From positions 16,088,633-16,152,632 of the forward strand of contig OZ037769.1 in NCBI GenBank assembly GCA_964035545.1: a stretch of DNA of 64,000 nt, in the 5' to 3' direction. Positions 1-12,711 of this stretch are shown piece after piece (positions within the stretch are counted from its first letter, which is position 1; the number at the start of each line of letters is the position of its first letter). The DNA comes from Bugula neritina (taxonomy: Eukaryota; Animalia; Bryozoa). The position numbers and the translations under genes are program-made. Under the pieces are notes generated by a model, which was given only the letters and a program-made list of their open reading frames with translations, was not told the DNA's origin and did no database searches.

Positions 1-609
1 AGTCTCTTTCAGAAAAAGATGTGAAAACTAACTGGAGTAACACAAAACTGGCATAAATATTTCAAGGTAAATGTTTACATATTTTGGCACTTAACTATAA
101 AATATATAATATAACTGCAGACATATGCAGTACAATATATTATAAGTATATAGGGCGTAATATTTTGAACCTATAAATATATAAAATACACTTTTCAAAA
201 CATACTAAGCTTGGCAAAAGATTTAAGTTTAAGCTCTCCATCCTCATGAAAACACAAGATGGTAAAAGTTGTTAATTGGTAGCTAAACACTTGATATTAT
301 TGAAACAGGAAATCTCTGCACAGTTAGTTTCTCTTTTAACCTGTCGGAATTTGAACCTATAGGTAATGACCTAATTATGTTATTATATGCTGGAAAACTT
401 ACCAATAAGCTACAAAGTGTCACTCCAGATATAGACGCTTCCCAGTTAGACGCTATTTATTTATTCTAGTATAATATATATTTTATATTTAAATATACTT
501 TGATTATTTGCTTGTTATTTAGAACACAATTAATTTTTTTTACTTCCATTACCTTTTTAATTTTGAATTTTCTATACTCATGCATTGTTGTTTGAAAAGA
601 TATTTTGTT

Positions 610-866
610 AATGCTGCAAGTAGGTGTGTTATGCTGTACATACATATTATATACTGAGTAAAATGCTGCAAGCAGGTATGTTATGCTGTACATACATATT
701 ATACACTGAGTAAAATGCTGCAAGCAGGTATGTTATGCTGTACATACATATTATACACTGAGTAATGCTGCAAGTAGGTGTGTTATGCTGTACATACATA
801 TTATATATACTGAGTAATGCTGCAAGTAGGTGTGTTATGCTGTACATACATATTATATACTGAGTA
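610..866. repeat. About 50-bp minisatellite, 5 units
   Basis: aatgctgcaagtaggtgtgttatgctgtacatacatattatatactgagt repeated. Confidence 0.9.
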
Positions 867-2082
867 TAATGTTTGTACCACTAAACAGAGTCTCAGCTCT
901 TGGAACTTCCAAAGTTTTTTTGGGACATGATGTGACAGCAGAGTCACATACATTAGTTTCATGTAGTATTTATGACCAACACTTTAGCTCTAAATGATGG
1001 TGGAAATAATACATTCCTCTAAACATATAGGATGATATAATTTATTACATTCTTTAGCCTTTGAAATCCTACATTTGCATGAATGCATGAAGTTGCTTCT
1101 TTCAGAAAGCTGATGAGGTATAGAGATGCTTTAGCTCCTTGGAATGGAGTAATAATCTAAATGAATAGTAATTTGATATTCTTTTATTATACAATCTGAT
1201 ATAATCTTCAACTCATTGTAATGTCCCATTATTTCTTACATTTTCTCTTCTCTATCAACATACCATACATAGTTGCACAGTCATTGTGCCATAAGCAGTT
1301 CTAAGCATCACCATGTTATTATAAAGTGAACTTCCATCACATTAAGCTGCTGTACCAACAATTGTCTACATTAAGTAATCTATACATACCTCCAAACAAA
1401 ACATTATCTCTATGATCTTTCACAGTCTGTAAACTCATACCTCTAGTGCATGAGAATTGCACTGAGAAATATATTTCTTTTTGAAATTCTCATGTTCATT
1501 ACATACCAGTTTATACTCATAGAAATGTTGTGTTCTGTGATGATAAAGAAGATACAAACTGAATGAATAGTAGCTTGATGCTTTATCATCATGTAACATC
1601 TTCTTGTTTAATCTCTCAATACTCAGTTGAACATATATTCACCAAAACGTATTATTATGATATTTTTGTGTGTTGAGTTTATTACTATTCCACATGTAAA
1701 ATAAGCTAAAGTATTGAAATACAATAAATAATATGACGTGCAAAAATAAAGCTATATAAGGTATTAAAAGCAATTTAGGTATAAGAAGCCATCAAAACTA
1801 CATTTGCCTCCATGATGGTGCTATATAGTTCTGGTTGGTTTTGAAAATGTGCGAGCTATGGGTTTGCACATATAATAATGTATTTTTCTAAAAATATGGA
1901 GCTTACATTGTTTGGAAGTTATAAGTTTATAGCTGGAAGCATGGCTGATGGTCTTCCATGCATGTAAACTCATTGCTTATACCTTCTTCTTGGAGGTTAA
2001 ATATACGGTAGTTTAGCTCTATAGAATGTTTATAGTTATAATCCAATATGTGTGTCAGTGTTGTCTGAGAATGTCACAGTAA

Positions 2083-2426
2083 GCCTAGGGCCACACGGTG
2101 CGTATTTTCGCATGCGAAAATTGAAATCACAAGTAGCAAAGGTGTCCACTGTGCGCGTTGAGAAAGCGTTAGCACTTGCGTTGAAAATGCTGAGCGACAA
2201 GTGCGAATCGTCTCTGTCATCGTCACCTAATTGGCTGGAAGCTATTCAGCGAGCCCAATTTCTTTAATTTAGTGCTACATTCCAGCAAATTGCGTTTTAT
2301 TGAAAGTGAGTGCGATTTAAAAATGAAAGCTTTATTTATCACGCATCACTGACGCTACAGTGGACACCTTTGCTACTTGTGATTTCAATTTTCGCATGCG
2401 AAAATACGCACCGTGTGGCCCTAGGC
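2083..2426. mobile_element. PIF/Harbinger (Tourist)-like MITE
   Basis: About 69-bp perfect TIRs (gcctagggccacacggtgcgtattttcgcatgcg...), TAA on both sides (2080-2082, 2427-2429), no credible coding capacity. Superfamily inferred from the TSD. Confidence 0.85.
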
Positions 2427-2716
2427 TAACCTGGTATTATATGTGATGGTACAGTTATATATAAACATTTTCCATTCAGGGGTCAAATCAATTGGTCCTT
2501 GCAGTTATACAGTCTTGCAGTGCTATTGCTAGTTGGTAGAGAGATTACATACATGTGACTAGCTCTTTCCTTAAAGTTCTCTCTCTCTCTCTCTGTTGAT
2601 CTTGTATAATATTGTGTTAGGCATGATGCAAGAGTAGCTTTGAGTGTGCTTCTGTTATAAACAGTTTCTTCAGTGGGTGTTTACGGAGTGGGACACCTTG
2701 GCCATTTTGTACATAC

Positions 2717-2828
<112 letters not shown>

Positions 2829-3885
2829 CCAAGAATTCTCTACTCTGTATGAACTCTCTTTGATGATTGCAATATGCCAGTGTAAACATGCATTACTTGT
2901 TGGCATCACAGATATATACAGACTTCAAGCAACTGTCTATCGAGCTATAGTTACTGTATAGACTATAGTAATTGTCAGTGGTATAGTCATTCTTGGGTAC
3001 AAAGCAGCCAAAATGGCCCAGGCCTGATGTTTTACCAATGCAGATATTTGAGGTTAACACTTGTTAACACTATTATAGAGGGTGTCGAATCTGGGTATTA
3101 ATTTTGAAAATGACTTGAGAAATATGTTTCATTATTTTCACTGCAAATTAAACCTCTATATACAGCTCAAAATATAAACCATGTTGAGTGGAATCACTAT
3201 ATCTAGACAATGTACAAGTAGCTTATAGTCACTATCCTGTGAGAAACTCCGGATGGAAAAAGTTTTGTTAAATAGGGCTAAAGACTTATTTATATGGGGC
3301 ACAAGAATAATTATTATATAATTACATCGCCATTAATGGCCATTTGTCTGGGTTCAAATCCATGACTTAATGTTCACAAAGCAAACACTGTAACCCTCAG
3401 ACTACGGCTGTACCAATAATATGCCATCTATGTAACAGCATCCTATAATATTGTCTGCTAAACTAATAGATTTGTAGTCAAGGGTGCATCTGTTGCCACA
3501 ATAATGTCTCTCTTCCAATCGGACCAATCAGAGCCATTTAGTTTACCTAATTGGTTTATAGTATCGCTGTTACTCTTTTATAATAAAACACTTAGTCACT
3601 GTTTGCATACATGCACAATAATATTTATTTCAGTGTAGTAACAAATTTATATGTTATTTCTATATAGAAAGGAAGGATTATTTAATTAAATATGTGAATA
3701 ATATTATCATATTGAGAAAACCTATCAATTAATTGTCTTCACCACCACCATATTACACCAATCTGTAGAGTTTATTCCACTCTAGTATATGCATCTACAC
3801 TATTTCCAATATTAGAAATGTATATAGTATTATATTTGCAAATAATTGTGAGTTTATTATGGCTTAGTGGTCTTCTGGTATGAGA

Positions 3886-4035
3886 CTGCAAGTAGGTGTG
3901 TTATGCTGTACATACATATTATATACTGAGTAATGCTGTAAGTAGGTGTGTTATGCTGTACATACATATTATATACTGAGTAATGCTGCAAGTAGGTGTG
4001 TTATGCTGTACATACATATTATATATTGAGTAATG
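3886..4035. repeat. Same 50-bp minisatellite, 3 units
   Basis: Same unit, within a local duplicate of about 765-1100. Confidence 0.9.
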
Positions 4036-4265
4036 TTTGTACCACTAAACAGAGTCTCAGCTCTTGGAACTTCTAAAGTGATTTGGTACATGATGTGACT
4101 TCAGAGTCACATACACTAGTTTCATGTAGTATTTATGACCAACACTTTAGCTCTGAATGATGGTGGAAATAATACATTCCTCTGAACATATAGGATGATA
4201 TAATTTATTACATTCTTTAGCCTTTGAAATTCTACATTTGCATATATGCATGAAGTTGCTTCTTA

Positions 4266-4315
<50 letters not shown>

Positions 4316-4423
4316 TACATATATAAATACATATATTTTTTTTTCATCTATTATTATATATATATATATACATTTAATTCATTTATTATTCTAATGCTCA
4401 GGTACAACATAACATGGTGAATC

Positions 4424-4513
4424 ATGGAGGAGTACATTGCTGAATTAGAGTTACTTTTAATAAAACACTTGGGAAAAGCAGAAAAAACAGGAAACTGGGT
4501 TGACTATGTCAAG
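4424..4513 (+). CDS. NTase-TPR gene copy 1, first coding exon (MEEYIAELELLLIKHLGKAEKTGNWVDYVK)
   Basis: Acceptor ctcag at 4401, ATG 4424, 30 codons, donor AAG|gtaaaa at 4514. Phase 0 matches the acceptor at 7700. The exon recurs at 31116 and 51332; flanks of the 51332 copy are divergent. Confidence 0.75.
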
Positions 4514-5541
4514 GTAAAATTTATATTTTGTCGTAAAAGTTATTGTAAATATTTATTAGTATATGATTGAGGTTTGAAGAACTTTAGTGAAATGTGGAAA
4601 GATTTTATACACATCATAGTTACACATGCAGTTTTAGTGCATATCATAATATTATGGTATGCAGCTTGTATGCACGGAGGTGCTGCAGTAAATGAGATAT
4701 AAAATAGTTATATATCTGTAGACATAATGAATACATAATCATGGAAATTGTAAACAAACTTTTTTCAACTTAAATAATTTATTATTGCTTTAAAACATGC
4801 TGCTTTAATCATAAAACAAATTCAATACAAGTTTTTAAAATGATAAACTTTTGAAGGCCTGCAGCAAATTTATCTGCATGTATGACATTGTTGGTAAATT
4901 TGGTTTATGTGTCCCAGAATTCTCAACTCTGTATGGGCTCTCTTTGACATTGCAATATGCCAGTGTGAACATGCATTACTTGTTGGCATCACAGAAATAT
5001 ATACAGACTTCAAGTAACTGTCTATCGAACTATATAGTTACTGTATAGACTATAGTAATTGTTAGTGGTATAGTCATTCTTGGGTAGAAAGCAGCCAAAA
5101 TGGCCCCGGCCTGATGTTTTACCAATGCATATATTTGAGGTTAACACTTGTTATAACACCATTATAGAGGGTGTCGAATCTGGGTAATCTTTTTGAAAAT
5201 GACTTCAGAAATATTTTTCATCATTTTCACTGCAAATTAAACCTTTATATACAGTTCAAAATGTAAACCATGTTGAGCGGAATCACTATGTTGAGAAACA
5301 ATCATGCGATCCTATTGCTAATCACATTCATAACAATCACGTGACAATATACTAACTAATTGCTTTATTAGAATCGCTGTATACTTGTTTACTCTCTCTT
5401 CCATTCTGTTATACAAAAACCATCGTCATGTTTTTGATTCAAATAAATATTTTATTACCAAATAATTGAATCAGTCAGTCAGTTTGCTCGATAACTTAAA
5501 TCAGCAATCAATATTGTATTTCACAATTAATACTTTACACG

Positions 5542-6174
5542 ATGGCAACACATTCAACAGGTTATGGGCCCAGTGGCTTCAAACACAGGCTTCTCTTTGA
5601 TGGTGACTCAAACAATTTCTCAATTTGGGAAACAAGATTCACTTCATACTTGTACACACAAGATGAAGGAGTACACACTGCACTTCTACCCAAAGAAGAA
5701 GGAGAAGATAACGCTGCTGACTTCAACAAAAAGAATAAGCGAGCTTACGCAAAGCTTGTACAAGTTTTAGACGAAAAGTCTTTTCAACTTGTGATGAGAG
5801 ATGCCAAAGACAATGGAAGGAAAGCATTCAAAATTCTAAAAGAACACTATGCAAGTACACAAAAGCCTAGAGTATTAACTCTTTATGAACAACTTACAAC
5901 TGTAAAAATGAATGATACAGAAGACATTACAGATTACCTGATTCGTGCTGAGAACTACTCAGCAGGCCTCAAGTCTGCATGCTGGGAAAATATTAGTGAC
6001 AATTTGGTGATCGCAATGAACGTCATACTACAAGGACCCGCACAAAACAGCAGAAATGGGACTCAGAATACCATATCACAAAAAACTGCACCAGATCTGA
6101 CAGAGGCCACTGACCAATCTGGACCACGTAAATCTGAACGGAAACGAAAGTCCTACCTACCTACAGGACTATGA
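5542..6174 (+). pseudogene. Copia gag fragment
   Basis: LLFDGDSNNFSIWETRF...DNGRKAFKILKEHY...ITDYLIRAE is Copia Gag-like; truncated. Confidence 0.8.
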
Positions 6175-6339
6175 CATAGAAGACACTAACTATGCTTGCT
6201 CACTGATGGCAAACATACCACAGTCCACCAAGAAGCTGTAAATTCAAGAGATAGAGAAGCCTAGAAAAGAGCTAAGGACAAGGAAATAAACACCCTACAT
6301 AACTCAAACAAGGAAAAACCCCTGGCGAAAAACCACATA

Positions 6340-6995
6340 AAACTAGATATGTAGCAAAAGGATATACTGACAAATACAATGAGTTGACTATGACGATACG
6401 TACAGTCCAACCACCAGATTCACATGGATCAGATTGCTGTTACAGAAAACAGCAAAAATAAAGCAAGAAGATACATTAACTAGATATTAAAGAGGCGTAC
6501 CCAAACATGCCAATCAATAAGGAAACCCATCTACAACAGCCTGAAGGGTACGAAGAAACCAGCAACCAAGGGAAGCTTACTTGGCGTCTCAACAAATCCA
6601 TATATATGGCCTCAATTAAAGCAGACGCAATTGGCACCAAACACTTACCACTTTCCTCAAAGAACAAGGCTTCACACCTGGTGCCAGAGACCCTTGTCTA
6701 TACTCAAAACAGGACCCTTCCGACTTTGTGCAAAACATTCAAAATGAAACAGCATAACCCTAACATAGTTTTCACCGACAACTTTGGAGCCATTGCCCCC
6801 ACTAAGGAACAACCATACTCACATCAGAGGAGCAAACACATTGACATTAGATTCCACATTGTCAGAGAGCAAACCACCATAGTATACCAACACATCAGAG
6901 GAGCTGAGAACCCTGTCAATGTCATGACTAGGAACTTGCCTAAAACCAATCACAGAATTGCCCTGGAGCTACTAGCTATCGAATCACATGCTTGA
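6340..6995 (+). pseudogene. Copia RT / RNase H remnants
   Basis: Discontinuous motifs TRYVAKGY, YSPTTR, LDIKEAY, QQPEGYE, TDNFGAI, RSKHIDIRFH. Confidence 0.75.
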
Positions 6996-7700
6996 GGGGG
7001 CGTGTTGAGAAACAGTCATGCGATCCTATTGCTAATCACATTCATAACAATCACGTGACAATATGCTAACTAATTGCTTTACTAGAATCGCTGTATGCTT
7101 GTTTACTCTCTCTTCCGTTTTGTTACACAAAAACCACCGTCATGTTTTTGATTCAAATAAATATTTTATTACTAAATAATTAAATCAGTCAGTCAGTTTG
7201 CTCGATAACTTAAATCAGCAATCAATATTGTTTTTCACAATTAATACTTTACACGATGGCAACACATTCAACACGCTATACCTAAACAATTTACAAGTAT
7301 TGAATATTAGAACAGACATATCGAGTAAATGAGGTCACACACAATCAGTAGTTATTGTAAATTTCCTAAATATTGATTATAATTTTCAATGGCCAACTCA
7401 AAGTACCAAAGTTATAGCTGTATGCCGAATTAATATTTTCAACAAAAGCTGTATTTGAGTTCTAATGTCTGAGCTTTGTAATAGAAATAAGAAGTCAAAA
7501 TATATTATATACTGTCGATAAGTTCAAATTTCCATGTTTCATTTCCATTCAGCAACTTGCATTCAGTTGGTGCTCTGCTGTTGTCAGCCTCAATGAATGA
7601 AGAAAAAATATTTAAATTGAAAAGAAAACAACAGATCTATCTGTTTTATAGCAATTTATACTTGTAAAAATAAGCAGTTTTTTTTTCCTTTGTGATGTAG

Positions 7701-10700
7701 AGTCATGGAATAGCAAACCACCTGCAAACCGTAGATTCACAAAACAGTCCGAGATACCAAAAGGTGTATGAAATAGAAAACAAATGGTACAAAGGAAAAC
7801 ATCCACTCACTTTTACAGAACATCAAAAATTGACAAGACAACATAAACAACAACTTAAAGAATATCGGGAAAACACAATCATTAACTTTGACAGTTTGAA
7901 TAGTGATGTAGAGTTGTTGGACATAGACAATGTGCTTAGTGATGCTAATTTAGAAATATCTACTCGGTTATCTAATGATGTATTTGAAAGTAGTGCGGAG
8001 TGTTCCAAAGAATTTGTGGAGTTTTCTCGTTCTATAATTAGATCATGTACAGAGTTGCTTAAAGGGTGTCAAGTAGAGCCACCATGTAATTTTGCTGTAA
8101 TTGCTTTGGGCTCTGTAGCTCGTGGTGAGGCAACTCCATATTCTGATCTTGAATACGCATTTCTCATTGAAAATGATAATGAGAGAGATTATTTCACTCA
8201 GTTGGCTGTTGACACATATTTTAGAATAACTAACCTCAATGAGTCCCCATTGAAAACCTTTAACATTAAAGTTGAAAACTCTCCTGACTGTCTCAGCGAG
8301 ATCTCTCCAGTAGGATATAGAATAGATGGTCTCACACCAAATGCTGGTAACATACCGACAGGAAATGGATTGGGTAGATCTCTCACCTTCACAGTTGAAC
8401 AAGCAGTAAAACTGTACAAAGAGGAAGTGATGTCACCATCTGAAGAACTAGCGAGTCTTTCGGATTTGCTCATGACATCACAGCTGATCTACTGTTCAGA
8501 TGATGGGGCACAGTTACATGACAGATTTATGGAAGAAATAGCTACATATGAGAAAGTTACAGCTCAGAATGATCATAAAATCAAACAGAAGAGATTGGAG
8601 AGACTCTCTCTAGATTTACAAAAATATGATTTTCTCCCGGAATTTGAATTTACAACCGTTGTTGGTGAAGATGTGAAGGTAAAAGAAGACATTTTCCGTT
8701 ACATCACTCTGTTGGCTACTAATCTAAACATTGCCCTTTGTTTTCAGCTAAACTTTCCATGGAAAGTGTATGAGGCACTTTATCAGTCAGGGATAATTTC
8801 TAAAGAAAGCCTGAGATACCTTCACATTGTCTTGGGACTCTCAATATACATGAGAACTATGGCATACATCATGATGGGAACTCAAAAAGCTGAAATCTTA
8901 CTGAGTACTCCAACTGCTGATATGAAAAGTGGAGTTGAAAAAAACAAACATTACCATGTACCAAGGAAGATATTTGTGACGTTTGGCTCAATACTGATTC
9001 CAATAAAACAATCTCTCATATCAAGTATGCACAAAGGAAATAGGCTACTATCGACATTAAAGGAGAAGAGTGTTATAAGTGAATACCTAAAATCAGTTAT
9101 TCCCAGGGATTTGGTGACAGATAAACATGATTATATGACAATCTGTGAAGTACTGTGTTATGTTGAAGACTCAAAAACAGCTTTGAAGTACATATCTGCT
9201 GGTTCAGGTGTTGATATCAGAAGTGTAGGATATGAGGAGTTTGTGAAATGTATAAGATCAAAATACAAGACAAACAAGTCAGATGATCTAGAGAAAAAGT
9301 ATTTGAAAATGTGCTGTCATATACTACTGAATACTGGCCATGATAGCAGTGCCATTGACTACCTGAGTTGGTTAATCAGTTATGAAACAAATTCGTTTGG
9401 CATACTGCAACAGAAGAGGTTGATAGCTGACTGTATGAGAAGACTTAGTAGATATAAATCTGCTAGGAGTATTCTCATTCAGATAAAGTCTACACTAGAA
9501 GAAGAGCTAATGATAGACAAGAACACATCTCTCACTGAGTACATACTGAGAAAGGTAGAAGCTTCTACTAGGTTAATACCAGAGTATATGCTATATCTGT
9601 TTCAATTCACATCTGATATCTTCCACTCACTGGGTGAAACTAATATTGAATTGTCAAATCTAGCTGAAGCCAAGTCCTACCTGATGCAGTCTCTTTCTAT
9701 TCACAAAGCATTAGGTGAAAAGAAGTTCTTAGGTTGTAGCGCAAGAGAAAACAAGATGAATGAAATAATTATTTGGGGTGAATTAGGAATTGTGTATCAA
9801 CGGGAGGGTGCATATGGCACAGCACTAGAATACTACACAAAGTCACTAGAGATGAATAAAGCTGTTTATGGTGAACATACAAACCAGTCTAGTATAGCTA
9901 GCAGCTATGGCAATATTGGTATGGTACTCAAACAACTAGGTAATTATGACACAGCACTAGAATATTGCACCAAGTCAATGGAGATGATGAAAGCTGTTTA
10001 TGGTGAACATACAAACCACTCTGATATAACTGGCAGCTATAGTATTTTTGGTGATGTACACGAGCAACTAGGTAACTATGAAACAGCACTAGAATATTAC
10101 ACCAAGTCAATAGAGATGAGGAAAGCTGTTTATGGTGAACTTACAAACCACTCTAAAATAGCTATCAGCTATGACAATATTGGTAATGTACACAAACAAC
10201 TAGGTTACTATGACACAGCACTAGAATATTACACCAAGTCAGTGACAATGGAAAAAGCTGTGTATGGTGAACATACAAACCACTCTAGTATAGCTATCAG
10301 CTATGGTAATATTGGTGATGTACACAAGCAACTAGGTAACTATGACACAGCACTAGAATATTACACAAAGTCAATAGATATGATGAAAGCTGTTTATGGG
10401 GAAAATTCAGCACATCCTGATCTTGCAGCTGTGATCTCTACCATTATAGGCATCTATTTAGTATACAGGAGATATGAAGACTGTCTGTTCCTTTGCTATA
10501 CTCCTGTATTGAGTAATCAATGTCTGTCCAAAGTCCTCAATGGAATATCAACATATTACGTCAGATCATCAAACTACAGAAGAGCTGCTCAGTTTCTGCA
10601 GGTTGCTATTTCTAAAGCTGCTGATCATAGCATGCAGCAGGCTGACAACTACCACCAGATGGGTAGATGTTACATGCTGATGTCATCATACAAGAAGAGT

Positions 10701-10979
10701 TGGTTTTGGTTGTACTCTGCTCTCTGTCTGTATCAGTCCTTTCCCAAAACCAGAGAGGCTATTTTGTCTCTTGGGAAAGTTCACAATATGTCCATTTCCC
10801 ATCTACTTCTACAAACTGGTCATGTGACTCAGTCTCTTGAACATTGTCAAAGATCTCTTGACAACTTTAACAATATCCCTGGTGTTGCTACACATTCTGT
10901 GATCAAACGAAAGAAGACACACCTTCTACAACTTTCTGACTCACTACATCTTATTAAAATTTTAACCAATCACTTCTAA
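7701..10979 (+). CDS. NTase-TPR gene copy 1, large terminal exon: Pol-beta-superfamily (GlnD/DUF294-like) nucleotidyltransferase + helical region + 5 x 44-aa TPR repeats + divergent C-terminal TPRs; about 1122 aa spliced
   Basis: ORF 7764-10979 is open back to acceptor ttttcctttgtgatgtag|AGT at 7700. Motif FAVIALGSVARGEATPYSDLEYAFLIE fits hG[GS]x9-13Dh[DE]h. GYRIDG supplies a candidate third acid. SYGNIGxVHKQLGNYDTALEYxTKS repeats follow. Confidence 0.88.
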   Translation, partial: SHGIANHLQTVDSQNSPRYQKVYEIENKWYKGKHPLTFTEHQKLTRQHKQQLKEYRENTIINFDSLNSDVELLDIDNVLSDANLEISTRLSNDVFESSAECSKEFVEFSRSIIRSCTELLKGCQVEPPCNFAVIALGSVARGEATPYSDLEYAFLIENDNERDYFTQLAVDTYFRITNLNESPLKTFNIKVENSPDCLSEISPVGYRIDGLTPNAGNIPTGNGLGRSLTFTVEQAVKLYKEEVMSPSEELASLSDLLMTSQLIYCSDDGAQLHDRFMEEIATYEKVTAQNDHKIKQKRLERLSLDLQKYDFLPEFEFTTVVGEDVKVKEDIFRYITLLATNLNIALCFQLNFPWKVYEALYQSGIISKESLRYLHIVLGLSIYMRTMAYIMMGTQKAEILLSTPTADMKSGVEKNKHYHVPRKIFVTFGSILIPIKQSLISSMHKGNRLLSTLKEKSVISEYLKSVIPRDLVTDKHDYMTICEVLCYVEDSKTALKYISAGSGVDIRSVGYEEFVKCIRSKYKTNKSDDLEKKYLKMCCHILLNTGHDSSAIDYLSWLISYETNSFGILQQKRLIADCMRRLSRYKSARSILIQIKSTLEEELMIDKNTSLTEYILRKVEASTRLIPEYMLYLFQFTSDIFHSLGETNIELSNLAEAKSYLMQSLSIHKALGEKKFLGCSARENKMNEIIIWGELGIVYQREGAYGTALEYYTKSLEMNKAVYGEHTNQSSIASSYGNIGMVLKQLGNYDTALEYCTKSMEMMKAVYGEHTNHSDITGSYSIFGDVHEQLGNYETALEYYTKSIEMRKAVYGELTNHSKIAISYDNIGNVHKQLGYYDTALEYYTKSVTMEKAVYGEHTNHSSIAISYGNIGDVHKQLGNYDTALEYYTKSIDMMKAVYGENSAHPDLAAVISTIIGIYLVYRRYEDCLFLCYTPVLSNQCLSKVLNGISTYYVRSSNYRRAAQFLQVAISKAADHSMQQADNYHQMGRCYMLMSSYKKSWFWLYSALCLYQSFPKTREAILSLGKVHNMSISHLLLQTGHVTQSLEHCQRSLDNFNNIPGVATHSVIKRKKTHLLQLSDSLHLIKILTNHF
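9760..10420 (+). repeat. Coding 132-bp TPR tandem array, 5 units
   Basis: TALEY motif recurs at 132-bp spacing five times. Confidence 0.9.
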
Positions 10980-11715
10980 CAGAAATGCTCACCACGAACC
11001 TGGTCTCCAGCGAAATTTTCAAGCTAGAATTTGCTTTTCCTTGGCCAAAATTTCCTTCTTTTCTTGTGACATTTTCTTCTTTCTCGTATCTAGTGTCAAC
11101 CCTGTGTATTGCGATGCTTTCAGCATGCCGACAGTTATGCCATCAGTTCTTTAGTTGTCGATTCTGGCTTCACAAATATGTGTATAGAAATATGGTACTT
11201 TCATTGGTATAGTTTTTGGCTCTCTTTTTACATACATTTAGATTTATTATAGATATTAATTATTATAATCATTATAATTCTTTAGTTACTGTGTTGTTTT
11301 ACTACTTATGATATATTTACTATACTCTGAGAGAGCAGTTTTATTAGTCTTTTATAACTCAAGTTTGAAACTTTCTTATACTGACTTCTGTATTACCTTG
11401 ATACATTATTGGAACGACATGATTTATGTTATAGCTCTTCATAGCAGATGTGTGCCAAAATGTGATATCTATAAACATTTTCCTGAAACAAGTAAAATGT
11501 TAAAACAGATGTGAACAGTGTGAAGATACTTCTAGCAACAAACATGACCTATATATTATTATATTGTATATACATACGCTGTCAACCACAGAAACCTTCT
11601 TTTGTACTCTTCTGATATCAACATTGTTTTCCTCGAGAATAGGCAGCTATAGAAAAAAAATTAATAAATAATAATATAAAGGTGCATGTTTTGAGTTAGG
11701 TGCTTTAAATTACAT

Positions 11716-12705
11716 TACACTGACTATTCATATAATAATATACCCAAAGAGTATACAATACATACAATACACTGACTATTCATATAATAATATACCCAAA
11801 GAGTATACAATACATACAATACACTGACTATTCATATAATAATATACCCAAAGAGTATACAATACATACAATACACTGAATATTCATATAATAATATACC
11901 TAAAGAGTATACAATACATACAATACACTGATTATTCGTATAATAATATACCCAAAGAGTATACAATACATACAATACACTGACTATTCATATAATAATA
12001 TACCGAAAGAGTATACAATACATACATTACACTGACTATTCATATAATAATTTACCCAAAGAGTATACAATACATACAATCCACTGACTATTCATATAAT
12101 AATATACTCAACGAGTATACAATACATACAATACACTGACTAGTCATATAATAATATACCCAAAGAGTATACAATACATACAATACAATGACTATTCATA
12201 TAATTATATACCTAAAGAGTATACAATACATACAATATACTGATTATTCATATAATAATATACCCAAAGAGTATACAATATATACAATACACTGACTATT
12301 CATATGATAATATGCTCAAAGAGTATACAATACATACAATACACTGACTATTCATATAATAATATACCTAAAGAGTATACAATACATACAATACACTGAT
12401 TATTCATATAATAAGATACCCAAAGAATATACAATACATACAATACACTGACTATTCCTATAATAATATCCCCAAAGAGTATACAATACATACAATACAC
12501 TGACTATTCATATAATAATATACCCAAAGAGTATACAATACATACAATACACTGAATATTCATATAATAATATATCCAAAGAGTGTACAATACATACAAT
12601 ACACTGACTAGTCATATAATAATATACCCAAAGAGTATACAATACATACAATACAATGACTATTCATATAATAATATACCCAAAGAGTATACAATATTTA
12701 CATTA
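11716..12705. repeat. 52-bp minisatellite, about 19 units, 3' of copy 1
   Basis: tacactgactattcatataataatatacccaaagagtatacaatacatacaa head-to-tail. Confidence 0.95.
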
Positions 12706-12711
12706 CTGTAC

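Larger units (their letters stand above)
5289..7273 (+). mobile_element. Internally deleted Ty1/Copia LTR retrotransposon in the intron of copy 1
   Basis: 271-bp LTRs TGTTG..CAACA at 5289-5559 and 7003-7273 (about 11 differences). PBS GGTTATGGGCCCAG 5560-5573; PPT gagggggcg 6994-7002; TSD cacta/cgcta. Empty paralogous sites at about 3195 and 31973. Remnants of gag, RT (YVAKGY, QQPEGY, LNKSIY) and RNase H (HQRSKHIDIRFH). Confidence 0.92.

Noticed and set aside
3335-3412. Possible second tRNA-derived SINE remnant on the minus strand
   Set aside because: A/B boxes are too degenerate to support a call by eye.
7764-7766. GTG/TTG starts given by the ORF track (7764, 17229, 32534)
   Set aside because: Prokaryotic-style calls. 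The frames extend to conserved splice acceptors, and an ATG exon in matching phase exists for copies 1 and 3.
8080-8360. Calling the NTase cGAS/Mab-21 or OAS
   Set aside because: Only the superfamily motif is shared. The GSxARxExTPYSD context is closer to GlnD/DUF294, and the product cannot be inferred from sequence.
8355-8385. TGNGLGRS as a Walker A motif (NLR/STAND reading)
   Set aside because: Spacing and Arg do not fit GxxxxGK[ST], and no Walker B or other NACHT/NB-ARC motifs are recognisable.
11716-12705. CRISPR-like appearance of the 52-bp (and 50-, 81-bp) arrays
   Set aside because: Units are head-to-tail with no unique spacers, there are no cas genes, and the context is eukaryotic.
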